Notes: a model not told the origin generated them from the letters alone. A stretch of DNA of 64,000 bases from Tepidisphaeraceae bacterium (GCA_050014015.1 JBEKEC010000046.1:2405-66404); one strand, 5' to 3'. Counted from the first letter of the stretch, positions 35,991-45,591 are shown. A program made the numbers and translations.

Positions 35991-37613
35991 ATGAGTTCAA
36001 AAGTCGTTACGCGATTTGCGCCGTCGCCGACGGGGTATCTCCACGTTGGCGGGGCGAGAACGGCGCTGTTTAGCTGGCTATTGGCACGGCATGCGGGTGG
36101 GGAATTTTTGCTTCGCATTGAAGATACGGATTTGGCGCGCAGCACGGAGGAATCGGTCAAAAGCGTGCTCGAGGATTTGAGTTGGCTTGGGCTGAATTGG
36201 GATAACGGCGAACTGATGTATCAGTCGAGGCGGGTGGGGATTTATAACCGGCTGATCGAGGATTTGATTTCGCGCGGGCTGGCGTACAAGGCATACGAGA
36301 CTCCGGAGGAATTGGACGGCCAGCGCAAGATCGCCGAGCGGGCCAAGCGGGCGTATATCTACAAGCGGCCGAATCTTTCCGAGGATCAGATTCGGAAATT
36401 CGAATCCGAGGGCCGGACGTCGGTGGTGCGGTTTGCGATGCCGGTGAAGGAATATCGGTTTGACGACGTGGTATTGGGGAAGGAGATCGTGCTGGCGGCG
36501 AGCCAGGTGCAGGATTTCGTGATCCGCAAGACGGATGGGATGCCGACGTATCATTTCGCGGTGGTGGTGGACGATGCGGAGATGGGGATCACGCACGTTC
36601 TGCGGGGACAGGAACATCTGCTCAATACGGTAAACCATATCGCGCTTCAGGTAGCGCTGGGATATCCGCGGCCAGTTTATGGGCATTTGCCGGTGATCCT
36701 GAACACCGACGGCAGCAAGATGGGCAAGCGGGACCGGGACAAGAAAATTCGGCATCAGGCGAATCTGTGGCTGAGGAATAGAAGCGGCGAATCGGTCGGC
36801 ATACCGGCCGAGCGGGCCGCGTGGTGGCTCGCGGATGATGGGCGTCAGTTGGAGTTGGAAGAGCAGGCGAAAGTCATGCGGGCCATCGGATTGAGCGAGC
36901 GCGATTTGCCGGAGGTGCTGGTTCACGATTTCCGGGCCAACGGGTATTTGCCGGAAGTGATGCTGAATTTTCTGGCGCTGTTGGGGTGGAGTCCCGGCGG
37001 GGACAAGGAGCGGATGAGCGTCAAGGAGATGGTGGAATTGTTCTCGCTGGATGGGATCGGGAAAGCGAACGCCAAGTTCAACCGTGAGAAATTGCTGGCG
37101 TTCAACACGGAGGCGTGCGCGGGGGCGTCGGAGGCGCGGTTGCTCGCGGCGATGCGGGATTTTCTGAGCGTCAACCCGCATTCGCCGATGAATCGGGCGA
37201 CGGATGAGGAATTGAATCGCGTGCTGAAAATGAACGCGGGAATGAGGATTCTGCGCGACGTGGAGGAGAAGAGCAGGTTTTTGTTCGAGGCGGATGAGGA
37301 AATCGAATACCAGAAGGAAGCGGTGGAGAAGGTGTTGCGGAAGAACGATTGGGAAGGCTTTAAGCCTCTGCGTGACATTCGTGAGAAATTACCGTCGCTT
37401 CCCGAATGGACTTCGCAAAAGCTGGAAGAACTGGTCAAGTCCTATAGCGTTATGACGGCGATGCCCTTGGGCAAGGTGGCGCAGCCGATTCGCGTGGCGG
37501 TGAGCGGGACAATGGTGAGTCCGCCGATTTTTGAGACGCTGGTGTTTTTGGGAAAGGAGAAAGCTCTGCGGCGGATTGACAGGTGCTTGGAAATGGAAGG
37601 ACCCGCCGACTGA
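35991..37613 (+). CDS. gltX: Glutamate--tRNA ligase
   Basis: Sequence is ..VVTRFAPSPTGYLHVGGARTALFSWL.. (HIGH) with ..DGSKMGKRD (KMSKS-like). Confidence 0.95.
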   Translation: MSSKVVTRFAPSPTGYLHVGGARTALFSWLLARHAGGEFLLRIEDTDLARSTEESVKSVLEDLSWLGLNWDNGELMYQSRRVGIYNRLIEDLISRGLAYKAYETPEELDGQRKIAERAKRAYIYKRPNLSEDQIRKFESEGRTSVVRFAMPVKEYRFDDVVLGKEIVLAASQVQDFVIRKTDGMPTYHFAVVVDDAEMGITHVLRGQEHLLNTVNHIALQVALGYPRPVYGHLPVILNTDGSKMGKRDRDKKIRHQANLWLRNRSGESVGIPAERAAWWLADDGRQLELEEQAKVMRAIGLSERDLPEVLVHDFRANGYLPEVMLNFLALLGWSPGGDKERMSVKEMVELFSLDGIGKANAKFNREKLLAFNTEACAGASEARLLAAMRDFLSVNPHSPMNRATDEELNRVLKMNAGMRILRDVEEKSRFLFEADEEIEYQKEAVEKVLRKNDWEGFKPLRDIREKLPSLPEWTSQKLEELVKSYSVMTAMPLGKVAQPIRVAVSGTMVSPPIFETLVFLGKEKALRRIDRCLEMEGPAD

Positions 37614-37637
37614 AGTCGGCTGGCCGCGTGGGGCGCG

Positions 37638-38105
37638 TCATTGGCGGCGGGTCATGGCGCGGCGGAGCTCGCGAGCCTGTTCCTTTTCGCGGATGGCGGC
37701 GCGTTTGTCGTGGCGTTGTTTGCCGCGGGCGACGCCGAGTTCGAGCTTGGCGCGGCCGTCCTTGAAATAGATGGCCAGGGGAATCAGCGTGGCGCCGCTT
37801 TGTTCGCTCTCGGCTTCGAGGCGGCGGAGTTCGCGTTTGTGGACGAGGAGCTTTCGCTCGCGGAGCGGGTCGTGGGCGATGGCGGCTTTTTCGTAGGGGT
37901 CGATGTGGCAGCCGTGGAGGATCAGTTCGCCGCGTTCGATGCGGGCGAAGGATTCGGCGAGTTGGCAGCGTCCCAGGCGGAGGGATTTGACCTCGCTGCC
38001 GAGCAGGGCCAGGCCGCATTCGATCTTGGCGGTGATGAAATAATTGTGCAGGGCGCGGCGGTTGGCGATGCGCGGGGAGAAGTTCTGCGGGGCGTGGTCT
38101 TTCAT
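37638..38105 (-). CDS. smpB: SsrA-binding protein
   Basis: The sequence ..IANRRALHNYFI..LLGSEVKSLR.. and ..LLVHKRELRRL..GATLIPLAIYFKDGRAKLELGVARGKQRHDKR match SmpB. Confidence 0.95.
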   Translation of the reverse strand: MKDHAPQNFSPRIANRRALHNYFITAKIECGLALLGSEVKSLRLGRCQLAESFARIERGELILHGCHIDPYEKAAIAHDPLRERKLLVHKRELRRLEAESEQSGATLIPLAIYFKDGRAKLELGVARGKQRHDKRAAIREKEQARELRRAMTRRQ

Positions 38106-38175
38106 CGGATGGCCATTGTACTGCGCATTTCCTTGACGGGAGCGTGCGGGGATTTAAGATTCGTGGGCTACGCCT

Positions 38176-38257
38176 GCGGCTGTGGCGAAATTGGCAGACG
38201 CGCAAGATTCAGGTTCTTGTGGGGCAACCCGTGCTGGTTCAACTCCAGTCAGCCGCA
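38176..38257 (+). tRNA. tRNA-Leu (anticodon CAG), class II with a long variable arm
   Basis: Hand-folded. The acceptor is GCGGCTG/CAGCCGC plus A. The anticodon stem is CAAGA/TCTTG with loop TTCAGGT. The variable arm is GGGGCAACCC and the T-loop is TTCAACT. No CCA is encoded. Confidence 0.85.
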
Positions 38258-38279
38258 TTGATTTGCAGGGCGCGGCCGT

Positions 38280-38368
38280 ATTTTGTGGCACGACGGAAGA
38301 ACCCCCACCCCAGCCCTCCCCCTGAGTACATGGGGAGGGGAAAGAGTGGGAGCAGCTTGCCACAAAAT
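38280..38368. repeat. REP-like palindromic element (core CCCTCCCCCTGAGTACATGGGGAGGG), copy 1
   Basis: An inner hairpin ccctcccc/ggggaggg sits inside an outer inverted pair attttgtggca / tgccacaaaat. The core recurs at 47514..47562. Confidence 0.7.
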
Positions 38369-38432
38369 GTGGGCACGCCCGATTTGCCTTCCGCATTGCT
38401 TCTGAGGGGCGATCGCTTACCATCCAAATCCC

Positions 38433-40085
38433 ATGAGTGAACAGAGCGGCACGGCGCAAATGGACTCGACGGAAGATCCCGCCCAGGCGGAAGACAAGAC
38501 CAACGTCAAGGAAACCATTGAATCGATCCTGGTGGCGTTCATCCTGGCGTTCATCTTCAGGGCGTTCGTGGTGGAAGCGTTCGTGATTCCGACGGGATCG
38601 ATGGCGCCGACGCTGCTGGGGGCGCACCTGCGGTATCAATGTCCGGATTGCGGATGGACGTTCACGGTGAATTATTCGGCGAGGAGCCAATCGGAGGACG
38701 AGGAGATGCGGACGCCGCCGGATGCGTTTCCGGCCACGGACATCTATTGCCCGAACTGCGGCCGTTTCATCGCCCCGACGGCTCGGTTGGGGCCGAAAGG
38801 GGAGTTGCTAAACCCGCAGGACGAAACGCCGGTGAATTACGGGGATCGGATCCTGGTGCTGAAATACATTTACCTGCTGCATCCTCCGCGGCGATGGGAC
38901 GTGGTGGTGTTCAAAAGTCCGGACGATCCGAAGACGACGCACTATCAGCAGAATTTCATCAAGCGGCTGGTGGGCTTGCCGGGGGAGGAGCTGATGGTGC
39001 TGGATGGGGACATTTACAAATGGAACGCATCGGCAGGCAAATGGGAGGTCCTAAAGAAGTCCAGGGAAGCGCAGGAGGCGTTGTGGCGGCTGGTATATGA
39101 CAACGATTTTCATCCGCACGCGGTTCAGCGCGACGTCCAGCCGCAATGGGTGCAGCCCTGGAAGCCGGACGGCGCCGGATGGGACGTATCCAAGGGCCGG
39201 CAGTTTGAATTCGACAATGCCGATGGAAATGGAACGCTGCGTTTCGACCCCAACGCCAACAGCACGACGCAGACACTGACGGATTACCTTGTTTACGACA
39301 CCGGCGCGCCCGGCATGATTCGCCGGCCGGGGGCGATCGGATCGCCCGACGATGAAAACGCCAATCCGGTCTCCGATTTGAAGCTGACGGCGTATTACAG
39401 CCGGATCAGCGGAAACGGGGCGCTTCGGATGACGCTGTCGCGGTTTGAGGACGTGGATCACACGTTTACCGCGGAGTTCACGCCCGATACGGTGCGGCTG
39501 ATTCATCGAAGCGGTTGGGGGGAAATCACGACCTGGCAAAAGCCGCTTTCGGAACTGGGAATCCGGGGTGATCGGCCGATCAACGTCGAATTCGCGAACG
39601 TGGATTACCGGGTCACGTTGCGGTTAAACGGGCGGGAGGCTTTCGATCCGATGGATTATGAGCCGAACGTTCGCTGGCTCATCGATCAATACAACAATCG
39701 GGCTCACGTGCGCGGCAAACCGGGTGCGGCGCAGATTGAGGCCCAGAGCCAGAAATGCACGCTGGATCACGTGGCGTTGTGGCGGGACGTCTATTACACC
39801 AACCGAAGCAGTGGGATTCGCACCGCAACGCCGGATAATCCGGTACACCTGGGCAAGGGCGAGTATTTTGTGATGGGAGACAACTCGGCAATAAGCAAGG
39901 ATGCGCGATATTGGGATGCTCCGATCAATTTACCGAACGAGGGGCTGGACAACATGGCGGAGGGCCGGGTTCCGGAACAGTTTTTGCTGGGGAAAGCGGT
40001 GTTTGTGTATTGGCCGGCGGGGTTCAGGATATACGGCCACATGGGGATCATTCCGGATTTTGGGGACATGCGTTGGATTCATTGA
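38433..40085 (+). CDS. lepB: Signal peptidase I (unusually long, with a CxxC...CxxC insert)
   Basis: The motifs ..IPTGSMAPTLLG (Ser box), ..GDRILVLKY.., ..FIKRLVGLPGE.. (Lys box) and ..GEYFVMGDNSAISKDARYW are present. The insert is YQCPDCGWTF...YCPNCGRF. Confidence 0.85.
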   Translation: MSEQSGTAQMDSTEDPAQAEDKTNVKETIESILVAFILAFIFRAFVVEAFVIPTGSMAPTLLGAHLRYQCPDCGWTFTVNYSARSQSEDEEMRTPPDAFPATDIYCPNCGRFIAPTARLGPKGELLNPQDETPVNYGDRILVLKYIYLLHPPRRWDVVVFKSPDDPKTTHYQQNFIKRLVGLPGEELMVLDGDIYKWNASAGKWEVLKKSREAQEALWRLVYDNDFHPHAVQRDVQPQWVQPWKPDGAGWDVSKGRQFEFDNADGNGTLRFDPNANSTTQTLTDYLVYDTGAPGMIRRPGAIGSPDDENANPVSDLKLTAYYSRISGNGALRMTLSRFEDVDHTFTAEFTPDTVRLIHRSGWGEITTWQKPLSELGIRGDRPINVEFANVDYRVTLRLNGREAFDPMDYEPNVRWLIDQYNNRAHVRGKPGAAQIEAQSQKCTLDHVALWRDVYYTNRSSGIRTATPDNPVHLGKGEYFVMGDNSAISKDARYWDAPINLPNEGLDNMAEGRVPEQFLLGKAVFVYWPAGFRIYGHMGIIPDFGDMRWIH

Positions 40086-40174
40086 GCCGATGAAAAAGGG
40101 TGTTTCGGCGTGACGGCGCGGGTAGAATGCTTTAGCGAACCCGCGGTGTTGCGCACCGCCGCTGAAGGCTGAAT

Positions 40175-41224
40175 ATGGATTACCGCCCCACCATAGGAAT
40201 CACGATGGGCGAGCCTGCCGGCATCGGGCCGGAGGTGATCGTCAAGGCGTTGTCCGATCCCGTCTTGCGGCATAAGGCGCATTTCATCATTTACGGGATG
40301 AACGAGTTGCTGCACTACGCGGCGGACATCGCCGAGTTTGACGTGTTCTGGTGGCGCGACCAGTACAACGGCGGCCGGCTGCGGAACTACCCGCACGACG
40401 TGGTGGTGGTGGATTACGATCAATATTCAATGCTGGGGACGGCCATCCGGGCGCCGAGCAAAATGGGTGGCGAGGCGTCGATGCGGTTTTGCCTGGACGC
40501 CATCGACGCGGCCAACCGCAAACTCATCGACGGGATCGTGACGGCCCCGATCGCCAAGCAGAGTTGGAAGCTGGCGGGGTATCATTTTCCAGGGCATACG
40601 GAATTGTTCGCCCAACGGACCGGCTCGCGGCGGTTTGCGATGATGTTCACGGGGGGGCCGCTGAAGGTGGTGCTGGCGACGGTACACATTCCGCTGATGG
40701 GATTGTGGGGCAAGCTGAACATCGGGGCGGTTTTCCAGCCGATCGAATTGGTGCACCAAGCCCTGGTGGAATGGTTCGACATTCCAAAACCGCGCATCGC
40801 GGTGTGCGGGCTGAACCCCCATGCGAGCGAAAACGGACAGTTCGGCGATGAGGAAGAGCGGATCATCGAGCCGGCAATCCTGATGGCCAAGGACCAGGGA
40901 GTGGACGTGAGCGGGCCGTATCCGCCGGATACGATTTTTATGCGGGCCCGCGACGGATATTTCGACGCGGTGGTGGCGATGTATCACGATCAGGGCCTGA
41001 TTCCGGTGAAGCTGCTGGCGTTCGATCAGGCGGTGAACGTGACTTTGGGATTGCCAATCATCCGCACCAGCCCGGATCACGGGACGGCGTTCGACATCGT
41101 GGGACGGAACCGGGCGAATCCGGGAAGCATGCGCGCGGCGATCGAATTGGCGATCGATCTGGCGGTGAAAAAGCATCAGCGGTCGCTGAATCCTGGGCTT
41201 GTGCGGAGTCAGGGGAAGAGGTGA
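40175..41224 (+). CDS. pdxA: 4-hydroxythreonine-4-phosphate dehydrogenase
   Basis: The motifs ..IGITMGEPAGIGPEVI.., ..FPGHTELFA.., ..GLNPHASENG.. and ..MYHDQGLIPVK..IIRTSPDHGTAFDI are present. Confidence 0.9.
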   Translation: MDYRPTIGITMGEPAGIGPEVIVKALSDPVLRHKAHFIIYGMNELLHYAADIAEFDVFWWRDQYNGGRLRNYPHDVVVVDYDQYSMLGTAIRAPSKMGGEASMRFCLDAIDAANRKLIDGIVTAPIAKQSWKLAGYHFPGHTELFAQRTGSRRFAMMFTGGPLKVVLATVHIPLMGLWGKLNIGAVFQPIELVHQALVEWFDIPKPRIAVCGLNPHASENGQFGDEEERIIEPAILMAKDQGVDVSGPYPPDTIFMRARDGYFDAVVAMYHDQGLIPVKLLAFDQAVNVTLGLPIIRTSPDHGTAFDIVGRNRANPGSMRAAIELAIDLAVKKHQRSLNPGLVRSQGKR

Positions 41225-41255
41225 GGGTCTGCCAATTCTCCCGGGAGCAAAGACG

Positions 41256-41344
41256 ATTGAACCGCCATGACGCCAAGACGCCAAGGTAAAATCATGTCAA
41301 GGCGCAATTCCTACCTTGGCGTCTTGGCGTCATGGCGGTTCAAT
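41256..41344. repeat. Perfect 33-bp-stem hairpin built from GACGCCAAG units
   Basis: The arm attgaaccgccatgacgccaagacgccaaggta, a 23-nt loop, and taccttggcgtcttggcgtcatggcggttcaat are exact reverse complements. Partial complementarity extends outward to about 41237-41360. Confidence 0.9.
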
Positions 41345-41467
41345 TTCTGCTCTCCCGGAAATTTTGGCACACCCAGAGGTGAAGACGGGGAGGGGGTCCG
41401 TTGACAAGGCGGGCGGGTGTCCAGTACCGTTCCGCACGGCCATGCGCCCAAGACGGATGGCCGCCCG

Positions 41468-42598
41468 ATGACCAACGTCGCAAGCAAACCCAAGGCTTAC
41501 CTCAAAGTCCGGCAAAAAACCGTCCGCGCGGCCATGAACAAGCTGAACCTGGACGGTTTACTGCTGACGTTATCGGCTGATCTGGCGTATCTTACGAATT
41601 TCACGGGGGAGGATTCGATCGGTCTGGTCACGGCCGACGACATCCGGCTGGTGACGGACTTTCGGTACAAGGAACAGGCGGAGATTGAAGCGGGCTGGCT
41701 GAGGGTCGTTCTCCGCGAAGGGAAGATGGACACGGCATTGGCCCAGACGATTCTGGGCGCGAAAGTGAAACGGGTGGGTTTCGAGGCCAATCGAGCCACG
41801 TTCGGGCAGATTCACGCGTTGGACGCGGAGATCAAGAAGAAGGCGGGCAAGGAAGCGGTAGAGCTGGTGCCGCTGGAGGACGTGCTGGTCAATATCCGGA
41901 AGGTAAAGGACGATCAGGAGATCGGGCTGATCCGCAAGTCGGCGGCGATCGCGGAAGAGGCGTTCACCGCGGTGCGCGAGGCGATCGAGGTTGGACAGTC
42001 GGAGAATTACCTGGCGGGGCTGCTGGTGCTTGAGCTTCGCAGCCGGGGGGCGAGCGATGCGAGCTTTCCGGTGATCGTGGGGGCGGGCGCGAACAGCAGT
42101 TTGCCGCATTACCGGCCGGGGGATGCGCTGGTTCACAACGACCAGCCATTGCTTTTCGACTGGGGCGCGCTTTATGAGGGGTATTGCAGCGACATCACGC
42201 GGACGCTGATGTTGGGTCGGGTGGATGCGAAGATCAAACAGATTTACAAGATCGTGCTGGAGGCGCAGCAGGCGGCGATCGCGTTCCTGCGGCCGGGGGT
42301 TACGACGCAACAAACAGACCGTGTGGCACGGGACTTGATTGACAAGGCTGGATATAAAGCTCAATTTGGCCATGGGTTAGGGCACGGGATCGGACGGGAG
42401 ATTCACGAATTACCGACGATGCGGCGAATCGGCGGGGACGAAGAGCTTCAGCCGGGTATGATCGTTACGGTTGAACCGGGCATTTATCTGCCCGGCGAAG
42501 GGGGCGTGCGAATTGAGGATGACGTGCTGATCACCCACAGTGGATGCGAAGTGTTGACGACGCTGGACAAGACTTTTGAGGGCTGCCACATTGAGTGA
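41468..42598 (+). CDS. pepP: Xaa-Pro aminopeptidase (M24 family)
   Basis: It has an N-terminal creatinase-like domain and an M24 core (..[16 protein letters not shown].., ..[13 protein letters not shown].., ..[15 protein letters not shown]). I prefer the ATG at 41468 to the GTG at 41417. Confidence 0.85.
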   Translation: MTNVASKPKAYLKVRQKTVRAAMNKLNLDGLLLTLSADLAYLTNFTGEDSIGLVTADDIRLVTDFRYKEQAEIEAGWLRVVLREGKMDTALAQTILGAKVKRVGFEANRATFGQIHALDAEIKKKAGKEAVELVPLEDVLVNIRKVKDDQEIGLIRKSAAIAEEAFTAVREAIEVGQSENYLAGLLVLELRSRGASDASFPVIVGAGANSSLPHYRPGDALVHNDQPLLFDWGALYEGYCSDITRTLMLGRVDAKIKQIYKIVLEAQQAAIAFLRPGVTTQQTDRVARDLIDKAGYKAQFGHGLGHGIGREIHELPTMRRIGGDEELQPGMIVTVEPGIYLPGEGGVRIEDDVLITHSGCEVLTTLDKTFEGCHIE

Positions 42599-42653
42599 AA
42601 AGAGCCAATCGAAGAAGAAGGCCACGGCGCCCGCGCTGAAGACGACGGGGCCG

Positions 42654-43094
42654 ATGGACGTTGCGCTGCTGGAGCGGATCGTGAAGCTGATGGAGGCCAA
42701 CGATCTGAACATGATTGAGCTTCGAGACGGGGATCGGCGCGTGCTGATGAGGCGTGGACCGGCGGCGCCGGTGGCGATGCCGATACAGATCGCGGCGCCG
42801 GTTGGAGGCGCTGCCCCCCTGCCGCAATCGGCGGGGAACGGCGTCGTGGAGGAGAAGCTTCACGAAATCAAGAGCCCGATGGTTGGGACGTTCTATTCGG
42901 CGCCGAGTCCGGATGCCAAGCCGTTCGTGACGGTCGGGTCGGCCGTGTCGGAAGAGACCGACGTGTGCGTGATCGAGGCGATGAAGGTATTCAACAACGT
43001 CAAGGCGGAGTGCAAGGGGACGATCGCCAGGATTCTGGTGAACAACGGCCAGGCGGTGGAGTTCAATCAGGTCCTTTTTCTTGTAAGGCCGTGA
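42654..43094 (+). CDS. accB: Acetyl-CoA carboxylase biotin carboxyl carrier protein
   Basis: Sequence is [23 protein letters not shown]... with ..SPMVGTFY.. and ..[10 protein letters not shown] (biotinyl-Lys). The ORF could start earlier, at TTG 42576 or 42591. Confidence 0.9.
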   Translation: MDVALLERIVKLMEANDLNMIELRDGDRRVLMRRGPAAPVAMPIQIAAPVGGAAPLPQSAGNGVVEEKLHEIKSPMVGTFYSAPSPDAKPFVTVGSAVSEETDVCVIEAMKVFNNVKAECKGTIARILVNNGQAVEFNQVLFLVRP

Positions 43095-43104
43095 GGCGGG
43101 GCGG

Positions 43105-43175
43105 AAGTGCAAGTTGGGAGTGCAAGTGCAAGTTGGAAGTACAAGTGCAAGTTGGTAGTGCAAGTTGGAAGAAGG
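43105..43175. repeat. Left inverted arm of CAAGTGCAAGTTGG-type units
   Basis: The sequence gaagtgcaagttgggagtgcaagtgcaagttggaagtacaagtgcaagttggtagtgcaagttggaag lies directly after the accB stop. Confidence 0.8.
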
Positions 43176-43183
43176 GAGAGGTT

Positions 43184-43555
43184 GTGGCAAATAGCTACCG
43201 TGAACTGATTGTCTGGCAAAAGGGCATGGACCTCGTGGTGGAAGTTTATCGGATTACACAAAGGTTCCCCGCTTGCGAGCAGTTTGGGCTGGTCAATCAG
43301 TTACGGCGCTCGGCGGTGTCGGTACCGTCCAATTTCGCCGAAGGCCAGGGACGACGACAAAGAAAACAATTTGCGCAATATTTGCGAATATCGCGAGGAT
43401 CGCTTCAGGAAATGGAAACCCAATTGCAGATTGCCGGAAGGTTGGGCTACCTCGATACAGGAGCAATGGGCAGAGCATCGCTCTTGTACGAAGAAATCGG
43501 GCGTCTCCTGGCAGGACTGTTGCGTTCAGTAGAAAAAGGCCCGATCAACAACTAA
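43184..43555 (+). CDS. Four-helix-bundle protein (23S rRNA intervening-sequence protein family)
   Basis: GTG 43184 follows GGGAGAG. The sequence SYRELIVWQKGMDLVVEVYRITQRFPACEQFGLVNQLRRSAVSVPSNFAEGQGRRQRKQFAQYLRISRGSLQEMETQL is a strong PF05635/TIGR02436-type pattern. Confidence 0.85.
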   Translation: MANSYRELIVWQKGMDLVVEVYRITQRFPACEQFGLVNQLRRSAVSVPSNFAEGQGRRQRKQFAQYLRISRGSLQEMETQLQIAGRLGYLDTGAMGRASLLYEEIGRLLAGLLRSVEKGPINN

Positions 43556-43600
43556 CTTGCACTTGTAACTTGTACTTGCACTTGCAACTTCTACTTCTCC
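43555..43600. repeat. Right inverted arm (AACTTGCACTTG-type units)
   Basis: The sequence aacttgcacttgtaacttgtacttgcacttgcaacttctacttctcc is the reverse complement of the left-arm unit type. It ends 2 nt before the accC ATG. Confidence 0.8.
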
Positions 43601-43601
43601 A

Positions 43602-44948
43602 ATGTTTTCCAAGATTCTGATAGCCAATCGCGGGGAGATCGCCTTGCGGATCATCCGCGCCTGCCGGGAAATGGGAGTGCAGACGGCGGTGGTCTATTCG
43701 ACGGCGGACAAGGAGGCGGCGTATCTGAAGCTGGCGGACCAGGCGATCTGCATCGGCGACGCCCCGCCGGCGGAAAGCTATCTCAATATCCCGCGAATCA
43801 TCTCGGCGGCGGAAATCGCGGACGTGCAGGCGATCCATCCCGGTTACGGGTTCCTGGCGGAGAACGACCACTTCGCGGAGATTTGCCGAAGCTGCAAGAT
43901 CGAATTCATCGGCCCGCCGGTGTCGGCGATGGCGGCGGTGGGCGACAAGGTCGCGTGCAAGAAGCTGGCCCGCAAGGCCAAGGTGCCGACCGTGCCGGGG
44001 AGCGACGGGGCCGTTGACGACGAGAAATCGGCGTTGAAGGTGGCGGGGCAGATCGGGTATCCGATCATCATCAAGGCAGCGGCGGGCGGAGGCGGACGGG
44101 GAATGCGCGTGGCGCATAACGACGTCTCCCTCCGCGGCGGGCTTAAACAGGCGCAGGCCGAGGCCGAAAACGCATTCAAGGATTCCACGGTTTACATCGA
44201 GAAATACGTGGAATTCGGCCGGCACGTCGAGGTGCAAATCCTCGCCGACCATCACGGCAATACCCTGCATCTGTGGGAGCGCGATTGCTCGATGCAACGG
44301 CGGCATCAGAAGCTGCTGGAAGAATCGCCCAGCCCGACGATCAAGGAGGACGTTCGGGAAAAGCTGTGCGAGTCGGCCGTGCGATTGATGAAAGCCGCGG
44401 GATACGTCAACGCGGGAACGGTGGAATTCCTGGTCGATGAAGAGCAGCATTTTTATCTGCTGGAGGTGAATGCCCGAATCCAGGTGGAACATCCGGTGAC
44501 GGAACAGATCACCGGGATCGATCTGATCAAGGAGCAGATTCGCATCGCCGCGGGGTTGCCGGTGAGCGTGAAACAGAAAGACGTCCAGCGGATGGGCCAT
44601 GCCATCGAGTGCCGGATCAACGCCGAGGACCCGCAGCGGAATTTCGCGCCGTCGCCGGGAGTGATCGAAGAGCTGCGTGTTCCCGGCGGCCCGGGCGTGC
44701 GGATCGACAGCCACGTCTATGCCGGCTACCGCATCCCGCCGAATTACGACAGCATGATCGGCAAACTGATCGTGCACCGCCCCACCCGTGCGCAGGCCAT
44801 CGCCACCATGAGGCGGGCGCTGGGCGAATTTCACGTTTCGCCGGTGAAGACGACGATCCCGCTGCTGTTGCAGATCATGCACAACCAGAATTTCGCCCGC
44901 GGGGAAGTGGATACGGGGTTCGTGGAGCGGGAACTGCTGGGAAGATGA
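43602..44948 (+). CDS. accC: Acetyl-CoA carboxylase biotin carboxylase subunit
   Basis: Sequence is [25 protein letters not shown].. with ..[15 protein letters not shown].. and ..[14 protein letters not shown]. Confidence 0.95.
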   Translation: MFSKILIANRGEIALRIIRACREMGVQTAVVYSTADKEAAYLKLADQAICIGDAPPAESYLNIPRIISAAEIADVQAIHPGYGFLAENDHFAEICRSCKIEFIGPPVSAMAAVGDKVACKKLARKAKVPTVPGSDGAVDDEKSALKVAGQIGYPIIIKAAAGGGGRGMRVAHNDVSLRGGLKQAQAEAENAFKDSTVYIEKYVEFGRHVEVQILADHHGNTLHLWERDCSMQRRHQKLLEESPSPTIKEDVREKLCESAVRLMKAAGYVNAGTVEFLVDEEQHFYLLEVNARIQVEHPVTEQITGIDLIKEQIRIAAGLPVSVKQKDVQRMGHAIECRINAEDPQRNFAPSPGVIEELRVPGGPGVRIDSHVYAGYRIPPNYDSMIGKLIVHRPTRAQAIATMRRALGEFHVSPVKTTIPLLLQIMHNQNFARGEVDTGFVERELLGR

Positions 44949-44966
44949 AAGCAATTGAGAATGGAT

Positions 44967-44998
44967 AGTGGATAATTGACAATTATCAATTATCCACT
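44967..44998 (+). terminator. AT-rich perfect hairpin after accC (possible terminator, no clear U-tract)
   Basis: The arms agtggataattga and tcaattatccact flank the loop caatta, 19 nt after the accC stop. Confidence 0.4.
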
Positions 44999-45165
44999 GT
45001 CAATTATGCATGATCCGTGTCCATCGGTCTTCATCTGACTTCGGCGAGCTCAGTCGAGCCGTGGCAATCACGCATATCTCCGCCTCATTCGCGGCGAGTC
45101 CGCATTTTTTCGCCCGAATGGACATCGCAAAACTACGATTGCAGAATTGACCCGGTTCGGCATTG

Positions 45166-45249
45166 ACAAAACCCCCGTTTTCGACAGCGCCGCGGGGGGT
45201 TTCGTCTACGTCTACGGGGGGACCCACTTGAAAAAGCGGCGGTCGGCCA
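45166..45249. repeat. 84-bp repeat module, copy 1 (contains a terminator-like hairpin readable on the minus strand)
   Basis: The sequence acaaaacccccgttttcgacagcgccgcggggggtttcgtctacgtctacggggggacccacttgaaaaagcggcggtcggcca differs at 2 positions from 45718..45801. Confidence 0.85.
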
Positions 45250-45519
45250 TTTTGTCGCCGATTGAAGAGGAATTGAAACCACGGATTTCACGGATACCGC
45301 GGATGAGAAAATGGGATGAGCTTTTTCCGTCCGTGCTGCAATCCATCAAAATCTTCGCGCGCTGCGCAAATTTGCGGCTCGGATGATTCACCGCGAAGTG
45401 CGCCAAGAGCGCGAAGAATCAATGCGGAGAAGAAGTTATGCCCAAGTGGGTTCAACTGACTTTCCTTCTTCCTTCGCAATGCTAACCATCAGGATTTGCG
45501 CGATTCGCAAAGAATTTGT

Positions 45520-45591
45520 GAACCACGGATTACACGGATTGCACGGATAATTTCTTCTCCCATCCGTGCCTATCAGTGTAATCCGTGGTTC
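45520..45591. repeat. Closed hairpin of CACGGAT-type units
   Basis: The outer arms gaaccacggattacac and gtgtaatccgtggttc are perfect 16-bp complements. The inner pair is gcacggat/atccgtgc. Confidence 0.85.

Noticed and set aside
45000-45227. A 75-aa minus-strand ORF, and the 45212..45406 and 45764..46108 ORFs in the gene-free zone
   Set aside because: They are built largely from repeat elements, have no SD or family signal, and overlap one another. They are treated as non-coding, apart from the conserved ..FKWVPP* ends noted in the findings.
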